From Dehalococcoidia bacterium (GTDB lineage Bacteria; Chloroflexota; Dehalococcoidia; E44-bin15): a stretch of DNA of 64,000 nt. The DNA is taken from contig DATKYK010000029.1 of NCBI GenBank assembly GCA_035528575.1, forward strand, positions 14,824-78,823. Direction: 5' to 3'. This document shows positions 49,020-59,537 of the stretch, piece by piece; the stretch's first letter is position 1; each line of letters opens with the position of its first letter. A program made the translations under genes and the position numbers. The notes under the pieces are model-generated. The model was not told the DNA's origin, made no database searches, and worked only from the letters and a program-made list of their open reading frames with translations.

Positions 49020-50000
49020 ATGCTATATCCTAGTAATGACATGCCCAAGAAGCTCGAAAAAATGATTGTCGGTGTCGATCTAGGGGGCAGCAAGATAAAT
49101 GCGATCCTGACGGACTACCGCGGCAACATTTTAAGAAAGGAGCTGAAGGACACCCTGGCCCAAGAGGGACCGGATGAGGTCATAACGCGGGTCATCGCGT
49201 GTATCAAGCAAGTAGCTTCCGGGGCGGACATAGCGAGCATAGGTATTGGTGCTGCCGGGGCCTGCGATGTAGCAACCGGCGTAATCACCCTCTCCCCGAA
49301 CCTGCCAGGGTGGCATAACATCCCCTTAAAAGACATCCTCCAGCGAGAATTCGACCTTCCCGTCTACCTGGAAAATGATGCTACTGTCGCCGCATTAGGG
49401 GAGCACTACTTTGGCGGCGCAGTGGGCATCGCCAATCTGGTCTACTTGTGTGTAGGCACCGGGATCGGTGGTGGCATAATGATAGATGGTCAGCTATACC
49501 ACGGCGCATCGGGCAGCGCCGGCGAGATCGGGCACATGACCATCGATATCAACGGCCCCCGTTGCAGCTGTGGCAACATAGGCTGCTGGGAGACCTTCGC
49601 ATCCGGGACAGCCCTGGCCAGGGAGGCGGTGAAGCAGATCAAGGCCGGCGCCCAGACCAGTATATTGAATTTCGCCGATGGAGAGCTACAAAAGGTTAGC
49701 GCGCAACGCGTTTTTCTTGCGGCGCAGGAGGGCGACCCCCTGGCGAATGAATTGATATCGCAGACCGCCTATTATCTGGGGGTAGGGCTGGTTAATATCG
49801 TCAACATCTTCAACCCCCAGCTCATCCTCATCGGGGGTGGCCTATCTAGAATGGGTCGGCTGCTTCTCGAACCGGCCATAAAAGTGGTCAGGGATCGCGC
49901 CTATGAGCTGCCGGCTGCAGCAGTTCGTATTGAATTGGCCCGACTGGGGGCCGATGCCGAGGCCTTGGGGGGAGTGGCCCTGGTGCTACAATCAAGCTGA
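49020..50000 (+). CDS. ROK-family glucokinase / sugar kinase
   Basis: The motifs VGVDLGGSKI and C.CG..GCWE are ROK signatures. Confidence 0.8.
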   Translation: MLYPSNDMPKKLEKMIVGVDLGGSKINAILTDYRGNILRKELKDTLAQEGPDEVITRVIACIKQVASGADIASIGIGAAGACDVATGVITLSPNLPGWHNIPLKDILQREFDLPVYLENDATVAALGEHYFGGAVGIANLVYLCVGTGIGGGIMIDGQLYHGASGSAGEIGHMTIDINGPRCSCGNIGCWETFASGTALAREAVKQIKAGAQTSILNFADGELQKVSAQRVFLAAQEGDPLANELISQTAYYLGVGLVNIVNIFNPQLILIGGGLSRMGRLLLEPAIKVVRDRAYELPAAAVRIELARLGADAEALGGVALVLQSS

Positions 50001-50002
50001 AT

Positions 50003-51193
50003 CTAGGCTATGGCCCCCGATCCTAGCAATTCAGCGATATTTTCCCTGGTATAGCCCAGCCCCAGCATAATCTCATCGGTATGCTGGCCCGGCTTGGGGG
50101 CAACGCTTCTTACCTCTCCGGGGGTATCCGAAAGCTTGATGCCGATACCCACCTGCTTAACCCTACCCAGCGTTGGGTGTTCGATCTCCACCGCCATTTC
50201 GCGCTGAACCACCTGGGGGTCTTCGAAGACCTCATTAACGGATTTTACCGGGGCCACGCAGACGTCCTTTTGCCGCAGTAGCTCTACCCACTCATCCCTT
50301 GTCTTGGTGCGGAAGATCTTACGGAACTCGGCGCTAAGGTCATCCCACTTCGCCGTATCCCACTCGTAAGGAAGGAGGTCCTCACGACCAAGCAATTCAC
50401 AGAGGTTAGCGTAGAACCATGGCTCCAGGGCAGCGATACTGACATACTTACCATCTTTGGTCTCGTAGACCCCATAAAATGGAGCGCCACCGATACTGAG
50501 TAGATCGCCACGTGTAGGTACCCTGCCGGTATCAAAATAGCCTGCAGCCTCTCCGTGCATAAGCGAAATGATGCCGTCTGTCATTGAGATGTCCACGTGC
50601 TGCCCCCTCCCGGTGCGCTCCCGGGCTATAAGTGCCAGCGTTATCCCCAGGGCTGCCTGCATGCTACCCCCCGAATAATCGCCGATCAGATTGAACATCA
50701 TCACAGGAGGACCGCCACGGGGGCCGATCATGCTCTGGGCACCGGCCGTTGACATGTAGTTTATGTCATGCCCGGGAACCTGCGCATAGGGTCCATCCTG
50801 ACCATAGCCGGTAATGGAACAGAGTATTATCCCTGGATTTATCTTGCTGATAGTATCGTAATCCGCACCCAGACGTTTCAACACCCCGGGTCGGAACTCC
50901 TCGACTACCACATCGGAATCCCTAACCAGTTTATAAAATACCTCGCGTGCCCCACCCATCTTCAGGTTCAAAACGATGCTGCGCTTGTTTCGCCCCTCGG
51001 CGTTAAATGCCCGCCTCCTTTCCTCCACCTCGGCTTCCATGGTTTCGATCACCTGGGAGGCGCGCCCGCCGCCGGCCTCGACCTTTATCACATCGGCCCC
51101 CATATCGGCAAGCAGCATGGTACAGTAGGGCCCCGGCCCCAGCCGGGTGAGGTCGATTATCTTAATCCCTTCCAGCGCCATTGTCATATTCAT
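50003..51193 (-). CDS. CoA-transferase family III (CaiB/BaiF)
   Basis: The motif LEGIKIIDLTRLGPGPYCTMLLADMGADVIKVE. Confidence 0.8.
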   Translation of the reverse strand: MNMTMALEGIKIIDLTRLGPGPYCTMLLADMGADVIKVEAGGGRASQVIETMEAEVEERRRAFNAEGRNKRSIVLNLKMGGAREVFYKLVRDSDVVVEEFRPGVLKRLGADYDTISKINPGIILCSITGYGQDGPYAQVPGHDINYMSTAGAQSMIGPRGGPPVMMFNLIGDYSGGSMQAALGITLALIARERTGRGQHVDISMTDGIISLMHGEAAGYFDTGRVPTRGDLLSIGGAPFYGVYETKDGKYVSIAALEPWFYANLCELLGREDLLPYEWDTAKWDDLSAEFRKIFRTKTRDEWVELLRQKDVCVAPVKSVNEVFEDPQVVQREMAVEIEHPTLGRVKQVGIGIKLSDTPGEVRSVAPKPGQHTDEIMLGLGYTRENIAELLGSGAIA

Positions 51194-51251
51194 CCCTCCT
51201 AATTTTTAACCTAAATTTTCGAAAAGGAAGCTAGACTCATTAGCAGCGAGG

Positions 51252-52067
51252 CTAGCCCAGTATCTCACGCACCGCTGCCACTATCCGGGGCAGGGCATCC
51301 CCCGTCTTTTCCACGATGGCAAAATCGTCAATACTGGAGAAGTAGCTACCGGTGGCATTGACCTCTATCACCCTGGCGCCAGCCCTCTTGGCATAGCCGG
51401 GGAGAAGGGCGGCCGGGGTAACAACACCCGATGTACCCAGCGCTAGCATCACGTCGCAGGAACTGGCCGCTTGCTCCGCCCGTGGGAAATCCTGGACCGG
51501 CTCGCCGAAATGCACCACGTCGAAACGGGTAAGCCCGCCACACTGGCACCTAGGCATGAGCTGGGTAATATCTAAGCTCTCCTGCTTTTTAACCTCGTCA
51601 AGCTGTTTTACCATTGCGGGGAGATCCTCCCCCTTCTTCAGCTTGAAGGTCCGACCGCAGGTCAGGCATTTCAGCCGGTACATATTTCCGTGTACCTCTA
51701 TGACTCTCGTGTTTCCCGCCTCACAGTGCAGATCGTCGATGTTCTGTGTGATGACAGTGCTGAGTATTCCCATCCGCTCCAGCTCGGCCAGGGCCAGATG
51801 GCCAGGATTGGGTCTGGCCCTCTCTAAAGTGTCGACCATCTCCTGAAGGAAAGCTCGACCCGCCTCGGTTATCTTTCCCAGTGTGGCGACACCATCGGTA
51901 CCAAACGTGTCCGGGTCGTATCGGTCCCACAGCCCGCCGGGGTCTCTAAAGGTGGGAATCCCGCTCTCGGCGGAGATACCCGAACCGGTGAATGCCACCA
52001 GGTTACGCGCACTGGCGACAATGGATGTCACCTGGTGAAGCTGCTCTGTCATTTCAGCCCTCCTCAA
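51252..52067 (-). CDS. cobB: NAD-dependent protein deacylase (Sir2 family)
   Basis: The motif GAGISAESGIPTFR and a zinc finger C..C...C.C. Confidence 0.8.
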   Translation of the reverse strand: MRRAEMTEQLHQVTSIVASARNLVAFTGSGISAESGIPTFRDPGGLWDRYDPDTFGTDGVATLGKITEAGRAFLQEMVDTLERARPNPGHLALAELERMGILSTVITQNIDDLHCEAGNTRVIEVHGNMYRLKCLTCGRTFKLKKGEDLPAMVKQLDEVKKQESLDITQLMPRCQCGGLTRFDVVHFGEPVQDFPRAEQAASSCDVMLALGTSGVVTPAALLPGYAKRAGARVIEVNATGSYFSSIDDFAIVEKTGDALPRIVAAVREILG

Positions 52068-52632
52068 ATAAGCCTAACAGTTCCCGCTTGAGTGCCTCCA
52101 TCCTCTGGCTGAACTGGGATTCAAGCTCCGTAGAAAGCATTGCCCAGGCTTCGCTGGACTTCAGGTTAATCGCCCCCACCGCAGTTCCCGCGATCCTCAA
52201 TCGATGAAGCAGCTCCCTTTCGTCCTTCTCGATGCCTTCCTTTTCAATTTCGTATTTCTGCTGCTTAACATCCCGAAACTCCTGGAGAAGCCCCTTTATG
52301 TTCTCCGTTACCTCCATCACTTCACCCTTCCCCTTCAAGGTAACTAAACCCTCCAGCGCCCTTTCAATCAGATCGCCGCTTTCCAGGTCGACGGCCTCAA
52401 CCAGCCTGGAAAGCGCCGCCCCCATCACGATGCCCCTTTCATCGCCGCTATACCGCCCCACCTCCTCCTTGAGCAGTTGCTTATGGCCATGGCCCATGTA
52501 TCGCGCCGCGATTGCCCGCCCCAGGGTGGTGCATTCTGCCTCCTTACGCTCCCTCATCTCTTCAGGTGAGAGACTACCCAGCTTCTCAGCCTTTTCCATC
52601 GCCTTCTCAAAGGCGCTCTTCATCTCACCCAC
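52054..52632 (-). CDS. Hypothetical coiled-coil protein, overlapping the sirtuin gene by 14 nt
   Basis: Charged and helical, with no domain recognised. Confidence 0.4.
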   Translation of the reverse strand: MGEMKSAFEKAMEKAEKLGSLSPEEMRERKEAECTTLGRAIAARYMGHGHKQLLKEEVGRYSGDERGIVMGAALSRLVEAVDLESGDLIERALEGLVTLKGKGEVMEVTENIKGLLQEFRDVKQQKYEIEKEGIEKDERELLHRLRIAGTAVGAINLKSSEAWAMLSTELESQFSQRMEALKRELLGLFEEG

Positions 52633-52789
52633 TTCTTTTCTAACTCCCTTTTTCTAATCCCACTACGCCACATAAAAAGCTAGATTAGTTGACGCCATTC
52701 AATTATACTATTCTTTGGCTCTACCAGCAAAATAGATACTAGCTATTCCAGGCTAAAGCAAAGAGTAGTATATAGCGAAAAGGGCGAAG

Positions 52790-53530
52790 ATGAGACTGCT
52801 GGAAAATCTACACTGCTATATCTGGCCGGGGAAGGGCAATAACTGTAATAGCTATCTATTTACCCATGTGCTGCGCGGCGACCGTCCCCACGTCCTCATC
52901 GACCCGGGACATGTGCAAAATGAGCTTAACGAGCGCTGTCTGGACCAATTGCTCAGCACCATGGAGAGAGACGGCCTGAAGCCCGAGGACATCGGCCTGA
53001 TCATCAATACCCACGCCCATCCCGACCACTACGAGGGGAATCAGCCTCTGGTGGACCGTAGCAGGGAGAAGGGTGGCAAGCCAGGCCATGCTCTCGTCAC
53101 CCTTCACCAGGATGAGGATGGGTATCGCCGGGAAATGGGTGAAATCATGGCTAAGCTACTGGGACGTGGGATGGCATTCGAACCGGATTTCTACCTCAAA
53201 GAGGGTGACCTGAATCTAGGCAAGGAGAGTAAGCTAAATCTCCAGATTCTACATACCCCGGGTCACTCTCCAGGCTCCATAAGCCTTTACTGGCCCGATA
53301 ACCGGGTGCTCATCACCGGAGACGTCCTTTTCTATGGCGGGGTGGGAAGGACAGACCTCCCCGGTGGGGATAGCAAGCTCTTAAAGCAGAGCATCGAGCG
53401 GCTATCGGAGCTGGATATCGAGTACGTGCTTCCCGGGCACAGCACACAGTTCGGCGCAATGATAAAGGGCGTTAACAACGTTAAGCAGAACTTCGCCTCC
53501 GTTAGATTAAGTTACTTCCCCATGCTATAA
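52790..53530 (+). CDS. MBL-fold metallo-hydrolase (glyoxalase II-like)
   Basis: The motif THAHPDHYEGN and the motif HTPGHSPGS. Confidence 0.75.
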   Translation: MRLLENLHCYIWPGKGNNCNSYLFTHVLRGDRPHVLIDPGHVQNELNERCLDQLLSTMERDGLKPEDIGLIINTHAHPDHYEGNQPLVDRSREKGGKPGHALVTLHQDEDGYRREMGEIMAKLLGRGMAFEPDFYLKEGDLNLGKESKLNLQILHTPGHSPGSISLYWPDNRVLITGDVLFYGGVGRTDLPGGDSKLLKQSIERLSELDIEYVLPGHSTQFGAMIKGVNNVKQNFASVRLSYFPML

Positions 53531-54433
53531 TTGGGCAACGGTTGCGCAGATAAAATGGAAGCGATCAGACTTTATAGTGAGCCAAAGCTCAGGAATCCCT
53601 ACATGGTAGCGGCATGGCCCGGTATGGGGGGCGTGGCGATCATCGCTGCACGGTATTTAACCGAGAAATGGGATGCCAAGGAAATCGGCAGCATCGCACC
53701 CGAAGGCTTCTTCGACCTGAGCGGCGTGCTTATCGAGGAAAGCATAGTACAGGATGTAGAATTCCCGGAGAACACATTCTATCTGTCAAGGGGTCACGGC
53801 AGGAGGGACTGGATAATCTTAATTGGCGAGGCACAGCCCCAGATGAATGGTTACCAGCTGGCAAATCTGGTTTTAGACGTGGCCCAGAGATTTGAGGTCA
53901 AAAGGCTCTATACCTTTGCTGCTGCACCCACACATATCTACCACACCAAGAAGCCGAGGGTGTTAGCAGTAGTCAACAAGCCCAGATTGATCCCCCGGCT
54001 GGAGAAATACGACGTGGCCCCTCTTAAGCAGGGTAGCATCAGTGGCATGAACGGGCTGCTGCTAGGGGCGGCGAAAAAAAGAAACATGGCTGGCATTTGC
54101 CTGCTGGGCGAGATACCCATTTACACCACCCACATCGCAAATCCCATGTCGTCCAGAGCGGTACTCCAGGTGCTGGCTCAAATGTCGAATTTGAAAATTG
54201 ACCTGACGGACATCGATCGCTGGGCCAGAGAAACGGGTGAGCAAATAGAGGAAAAGATAAGTAATCTCAAGGAGTCTTTCGGGGAAGAGGCCAAAGAGCT
54301 CATCGACTATTTTGCGCGGTTAGCCGAGCAGACCAGCGAGGAGGAGCTTGGGCCGGAATACAAGACTGAGGAGCTTCTTAAGGAGATAGAGCGATTTCTC
54401 AAGGACAAAGGGGAGCAAAAAGAGGGCAATTAA
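53531..54433 (+). CDS. PAC2 (proteasome assembly chaperone 2-like) family protein
   Basis: About 300 aa with a Gly-rich core and an acidic C-terminal tail. Assigned by overall resemblance, which is only moderate. Confidence 0.45.
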   Translation: MGNGCADKMEAIRLYSEPKLRNPYMVAAWPGMGGVAIIAARYLTEKWDAKEIGSIAPEGFFDLSGVLIEESIVQDVEFPENTFYLSRGHGRRDWIILIGEAQPQMNGYQLANLVLDVAQRFEVKRLYTFAAAPTHIYHTKKPRVLAVVNKPRLIPRLEKYDVAPLKQGSISGMNGLLLGAAKKRNMAGICLLGEIPIYTTHIANPMSSRAVLQVLAQMSNLKIDLTDIDRWARETGEQIEEKISNLKESFGEEAKELIDYFARLAEQTSEEELGPEYKTEELLKEIERFLKDKGEQKEGN

Positions 54434-54469
54434 ACCAAGGGGATGGGTAGAGTAACGATCGAAATGGCG

Positions 54470-55759
54470 CTAAGGTGCCAGCATCTTGGCCAAACGTTTA
54501 GCCAAGGCAGCGATTGTCAGAATTTGCGGCATTCCAGATGCTGTGGGAAAAACACTGGCATCACAAACGAAAAGGTTATCTATCTTGGTATGCAGATTTT
54601 CGTCGACCACCTTTCCGATGGCGGCGGTTCCACCGGGATGACCGCCCTGCACCTTCGAAACCACGATGGACTTGCTATCCGCACCGGCTTTGACCAGTAT
54701 CTCTTTCGATATCGCCGATCCCGCCCGCAGCCTTGTCCAGTCCCTTTCGGTCACCGGCTTTGAGACCGTTCCATCGGGGTAGACACGCCCCGCAGGCTCA
54801 TCCGCAATCTTGGTCTGAATGCCGAGCAACCGGTTGGTGGGCAGGGCAAATCCCCTAACTCCAAGCTCCAAGAACCTGGTCAGCCTTGTCTGATTCATAT
54901 ATGAGGATATAATGAATCCCTTGCTCTTGTGAAATTCATAATCAACGAGCGCCATCAGCGGCTCATCGACCTGGTTGAGACCCTTCGTTACCCCATAGGT
55001 TTCCACCAGGAGATCAATGAAAAGGCCTTGGCCTGCGTCTTTGACTCCCGATTGCTGCAGGATCACAGGGGTTCCCAATCCCCCAGCGGCAAGGATGACC
55101 ACATCCGATAGGATTTCAATCCGACCATGTGGCCCTGTTCCCCTGACACCTCTTGCTTTCCCATTTTCCACCAGAACCCGTTGAATCCTGGTATTATAGG
55201 CGATGTCGGCTCCATTTTGCCTCGCCTCTTCCAGGTAATCCAGGGCCGTCCACTTGGCACCATTCACACAGCCCATCGCGCAACCCCCGCACCTCTTGCA
55301 TCTCTTAGGATTGATAAATTTGGGCATCGGCTCCATATGGTAACCCAGCTCCCGAGATACCTCAAGCATCCTTTTGGAGCCTTTCGACAATCGTCTCTCG
55401 TCGAAGGGAGCGACTCCCATTTCCTCCTCGCATTCTGCGAATTCTTCATCCAAGTTGATCCCAAAACCTGCCAGTTCTTCTTCCAGGCATCGAGTCGCGC
55501 AACCATTGGAAACGACCGTAGAGCCTCCCGCCATGAGGGCCCTCCACAGGATCACGCCCTCCCTCGACTTTCGGGGCGTCAAGGTCAACTTAGTTCCGTC
55601 GAAGTATCGCATAGATGTCCAGACGGTTCCGATCTTCTCCTCATACTTTCCCCTTTCTACTACTAGCACCTCCTTGCCCCTTTTGCTTAACTCCCTTGCC
55701 AGCGTAGCTCCGCCTGCTCCTGAACCTACGATGAGGAACTCATACCTTTTGTTATCCAT
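54470..55759 (-). CDS. FAD-dependent oxidoreductase (GMC-like)
   Basis: An N-terminal GSGAGG dinucleotide-binding motif and a Cys-rich insert (CKRCGGCAMGC). Confidence 0.6.
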   Translation of the reverse strand: MDNKRYEFLIVGSGAGGATLARELSKRGKEVLVVERGKYEEKIGTVWTSMRYFDGTKLTLTPRKSREGVILWRALMAGGSTVVSNGCATRCLEEELAGFGINLDEEFAECEEEMGVAPFDERRLSKGSKRMLEVSRELGYHMEPMPKFINPKRCKRCGGCAMGCVNGAKWTALDYLEEARQNGADIAYNTRIQRVLVENGKARGVRGTGPHGRIEILSDVVILAAGGLGTPVILQQSGVKDAGQGLFIDLLVETYGVTKGLNQVDEPLMALVDYEFHKSKGFIISSYMNQTRLTRFLELGVRGFALPTNRLLGIQTKIADEPAGRVYPDGTVSKPVTERDWTRLRAGSAISKEILVKAGADSKSIVVSKVQGGHPGGTAAIGKVVDENLHTKIDNLFVCDASVFPTASGMPQILTIAALAKRLAKMLAP

Positions 55760-55872
55760 ATTGCTTTACCCCCACTCTTGAAATAAAGCATATCAGCACT
55801 AGGGCCGCCGCGTCAACTTCGGCTAACAGCGATTTATTCGATCTCCCGCCCCCACTTTCCCTGACGTTTATA

Positions 55873-58800
55873 TCAGCTATCCACCCTCTCCAGTACCTCT
55901 TGCGTCCTGCGCAGCCAGTAGTCCATTCCCATTTCTTGCATCATCCCTTCGGCTTTTTTTAGGATTTCCAGTGCCTTTTCTTTCTGGCTCGTGTCACCGT
56001 AGAGCTCTCCGATGACAGAGTACGCTATGGCGCACCACGGTTTCATTTCCAGTTCACCCAGAACCTCTATAGAATGCAGCAAACTTGCTTCGGCCTGGGA
56101 TGACTCTAAGACCTCAGCCCAGTTGTATGTCCTTGCCAGCCAGCCTAACCACCACGCTTCCCAAAACCTTGAACCTCTATCCTGTGACGCCTTCAAGGAC
56201 TTCTCTAGGTAACTCTTGGCAGCCTCCAGGTTACCTTCATCGGTATAAACCACGCCCAACCAACCATAGGTCATCTGTGACATTAAATCAGGCATTGCTA
56301 TGTCTTGGTAAACCTTCAGGCCTTTCTCCATATATTTGCGGGCAGTATCCAGCTCACCAAGCAGGTAATATGCAACTCCAAGCAAGACCCAAGATACTCC
56401 CAAGAGATAATAGCTTTGTACCTCCTCAGCGTATTTGATGGCGCTCTCGAGATGCTCAGCAGCCTTTCGGCTTTCACCTTTAGTAAGAAACAATATACCA
56501 ATAAGTAATTGCACATTAGACAGAGTGAATGGATCATTGAGTTGCAGGGCAAAGCGGAGTCCCTTTTCGCAGTGCGCTGACCCTTGCTCGAAATCCCCCT
56601 GCATTCCAAGAGCAACCCCATAGTATGCCAGGAGCATAGAGTATGCATTGCTTCTGCCCAATGTCTCAATTTCGCCTTCTCTTCCGCTGCTCTCAAGCCG
56701 GGTTATGACCGTGGGTGCGACTTTAGCAATCTCTAAATACAGCCCATCAACGCTATAGGAAGAGCAGAGCGCAAACCCTATTTGTACTACTAGCTCGATG
56801 TCGTCAGTACCTTCTGCCGCATGAAAGGCAGTCTCGTGGTACTTTCGTGCCTGTACAGTGTTTCCCTCAAATGAATAGGCCACGCCCATGAAACCTGCAA
56901 GCCTGGCACGGCTCATGTCGTCCCCTAGTTCTCGGCACAGTTTCTCACCCTCCTGAAGGATTGCCAGTGAATCTTCGGGATGATAGCCCAGGCGAGACAT
57001 GGAGGGCAGCATCGATAAGCGCACCTCTATACTTCTCCTCTTTCTCTGCTCGTTGTCAGGCAGTACGTTGAGAGCATCTATCGCTGCTTTGTAGGAATGG
57101 AAAGCCTCCCAGGGGGAGTTACTTCGCGTTGCCTTGTCACCTGATAACTTCAGATAACGGTAGGCCTTCTCGTGGTTCTCGCTCCTGGAGTAGTGCTGGG
57201 CCAGCACCTCGTATAATTCTTCCAGCCTGTCTGAGTACAGTTCCTCTATAGCCTGCCCTATCCTCTCATGTATCTCCTGCTTTTTCTTCTGGAGCAGGCT
57301 GTCGTATGCTACCTCCTGGGTTAGTGAGTGCCTGAAGATATAGGTCGCCCTCGGGAATATCCCTCGCTCATACAATAGCTCCGAGTCACGCAGCACAGAA
57401 AGATGGGGGGTCATCTCTGGCGTGGGTATGCCCGTCACCCGCTTTATCAACTCACAGCTAAACTCCCTCCCGATGGCAGAGCCCGTCTGAAGCACACTCT
57501 TTGCTCCATCGGGAAGAGAGTCAACCCTGGCCATGATTACTTCCTGGATAGTACTGGGGATAGCTACATCCTGTATATCCTTTGCCAGATAATACCCGCT
57601 GTCCTTCCACTCAATCATCCCTAAGTCTTTAAGTGATTTTATAAACTCCTCGACAAAGAAGGGGATGCCTTCTGTCTTATTCAGGATAAGCTCCTGGAGG
57701 TCTTCGCCCATAATGTCAGTTCCTAAGATGTATGATGCCATCGCCAGTGTCTCACGGTTAGAGAGGCGATTCAGATTCACCTGGTTGTGATATGACTTGC
57801 TGCCCCAGGTATGCACGAACTCAGGGCGGTAGGTGAATATCAGGAGCAACTGGGCCCCCGATATGGCATCCAACATGTCCTTGAAGGTTTCCTCTGAGCT
57901 CCTGTCAACCCAGTGGAGGTCTTCAACTGCCATGACTAAGGGGCGCATCTCAGAAGCTTTGAGCACGATTTTCTTGAGTGCCTCCAGGGTTTTATCCTTC
58001 CTCGCTTCAGGGCTCAAGTTCAGGGCATCTATACCACTAGCTTTGACCGACAGCATCTCCGATATAAAAGGGAGTGTCGATGCTTCATCAACTCCAATTC
58101 CCTTGAGACCTGTTTTCACCTTATCCCTGATTTGGTCATCGTAGTCAGCATCCCGAATGTCGAAGGTGGCCTTCAGCAGGTCTATAACAGGGTGATAGGC
58201 TACATTGGTGCTGTAGGAAAGGCATCTGCCCTCAATGAAGGTGACATCCTCATTAGCTATTGCCTTCCTGAACTCATAGAGCAGCCTGGATTTGCCCACC
58301 CCTGCCTCACCCATGATGGAAAACGCCTGTCCCCTGCCCGACCTGGCCCTGTCAAGGCCATCCAGCAACAGCTCAAGCTCACGCTCTCTGCCACGGAACG
58401 GTGTCAGGCCACGCTCTGCGCTTACATCGAACCTGGTTCTCCTGGTGCTGGGAGCTATAACACGATATGCCTTGACGGGCGCTTCCTTTCCTTTGACCTG
58501 CCTCTCCCCCAGCGCCTCAAATCTGAACAGGCCCTCGGTGAGCTTGAAGGTCTCCTCGGTGACATATACCGTCCCAGGCTCTGCAAGACCCTCCATCCTT
58601 GAGGCGAGATTCACTGTATCACCTACAGCGGTGAACTCTACACGCAAATCATTGCCCAGGCTTCCGACTACGACAGGGCCTATGTGTATGCCGATACGCA
58701 TCCTCAAAGGTGAGCCAGTCTCTGCTTTCGTTCTATCACTGAATCTAGCTATCTCCCGCTGTATTGCCAGCGCTGAACGAATTGCCCTCTGGGGAGCGTC

Positions 58801-59280
58801 CTCAAGAGCTATGGGCGCTCCAAACAGAGCCATGACACCGTCACCCGTCATCTTATTCACAGTGCCCCCGAACTCGTTGACCTTATGTATCAGCATCTCG
58901 AAGACCTCGTCCATGAGGGAGTAGACCTTCTCAGGGCCGAGCTTCTCGGAGAGGATGCTGAACCCCTCTGCATCGCAGAACATGACTGTGACCTTCTTGC
59001 GCTCACCCTCTATCTTGCCCCTTTGTGCAAGTATCTTCTCGGTGAGACCACCAGGCAAGTAGCGCTGGATGTTCTCTAGCTTCTCTTCAAAGGAGAGCTC
59101 TACGGGGGGTGCCAGAGATGTAACGGCAAGGTCATGGCCGCACTCACCGCAGAATTTAAACTCAACTGGATTTGAAAAATTGCATTCTGGGCAAATGGTT
59201 TCTAGTCTGGCACCACATTGACCACAGAATTTCATGCCCACTGGGTTTTCAAGCTGGCACTTTGTGCATTTCATTTTCAT
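55873..59280 (-). CDS. Multidomain signalling protein: double zinc ribbon, class III adenylate/guanylate cyclase, AAA/STAND ATPase, TPR repeats
   Basis: Four N-terminal CxxC pairs. A cyclase core FCDAEGFS...GDGVMALFGAP. A P-loop GEAGVGKSRLL. A long C-terminal TPR array. There is no HTH. Confidence 0.8.
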   Translation of the reverse strand: MKMKCTKCQLENPVGMKFCGQCGARLETICPECNFSNPVEFKFCGECGHDLAVTSLAPPVELSFEEKLENIQRYLPGGLTEKILAQRGKIEGERKKVTVMFCDAEGFSILSEKLGPEKVYSLMDEVFEMLIHKVNEFGGTVNKMTGDGVMALFGAPIALEDAPQRAIRSALAIQREIARFSDRTKAETGSPLRMRIGIHIGPVVVGSLGNDLRVEFTAVGDTVNLASRMEGLAEPGTVYVTEETFKLTEGLFRFEALGERQVKGKEAPVKAYRVIAPSTRRTRFDVSAERGLTPFRGRERELELLLDGLDRARSGRGQAFSIMGEAGVGKSRLLYEFRKAIANEDVTFIEGRCLSYSTNVAYHPVIDLLKATFDIRDADYDDQIRDKVKTGLKGIGVDEASTLPFISEMLSVKASGIDALNLSPEARKDKTLEALKKIVLKASEMRPLVMAVEDLHWVDRSSEETFKDMLDAISGAQLLLIFTYRPEFVHTWGSKSYHNQVNLNRLSNRETLAMASYILGTDIMGEDLQELILNKTEGIPFFVEEFIKSLKDLGMIEWKDSGYYLAKDIQDVAIPSTIQEVIMARVDSLPDGAKSVLQTGSAIGREFSCELIKRVTGIPTPEMTPHLSVLRDSELLYERGIFPRATYIFRHSLTQEVAYDSLLQKKKQEIHERIGQAIEELYSDRLEELYEVLAQHYSRSENHEKAYRYLKLSGDKATRSNSPWEAFHSYKAAIDALNVLPDNEQRKRRSIEVRLSMLPSMSRLGYHPEDSLAILQEGEKLCRELGDDMSRARLAGFMGVAYSFEGNTVQARKYHETAFHAAEGTDDIELVVQIGFALCSSYSVDGLYLEIAKVAPTVITRLESSGREGEIETLGRSNAYSMLLAYYGVALGMQGDFEQGSAHCEKGLRFALQLNDPFTLSNVQLLIGILFLTKGESRKAAEHLESAIKYAEEVQSYYLLGVSWVLLGVAYYLLGELDTARKYMEKGLKVYQDIAMPDLMSQMTYGWLGVVYTDEGNLEAAKSYLEKSLKASQDRGSRFWEAWWLGWLARTYNWAEVLESSQAEASLLHSIEVLGELEMKPWCAIAYSVIGELYGDTSQKEKALEILKKAEGMMQEMGMDYWLRRTQEVLERVDS

Positions 59281-59537
59281 TCAGGCTGTGCGAATTATAT
59301 GCTGATTACTGGTGGGGCCATCGTAGACGATAGGGGAACTGTTGTCAATGGTTGCCTACAATTGCCGATGACAGGCATGGGTAACAAGGGGTAAGGGGCG
59401 AAACGACGAGGTATCGCTGGGCAAAAGGCCCTAATCATCTAGACCCGCTTTTTCTTGCGCCTTCAGCAAGTTGCTGGGCTAGGCATTCGTTTATCAATCG
59501 TCAGGACGTGATCGCTTTTTAGTTCTTCTCTATGCTG

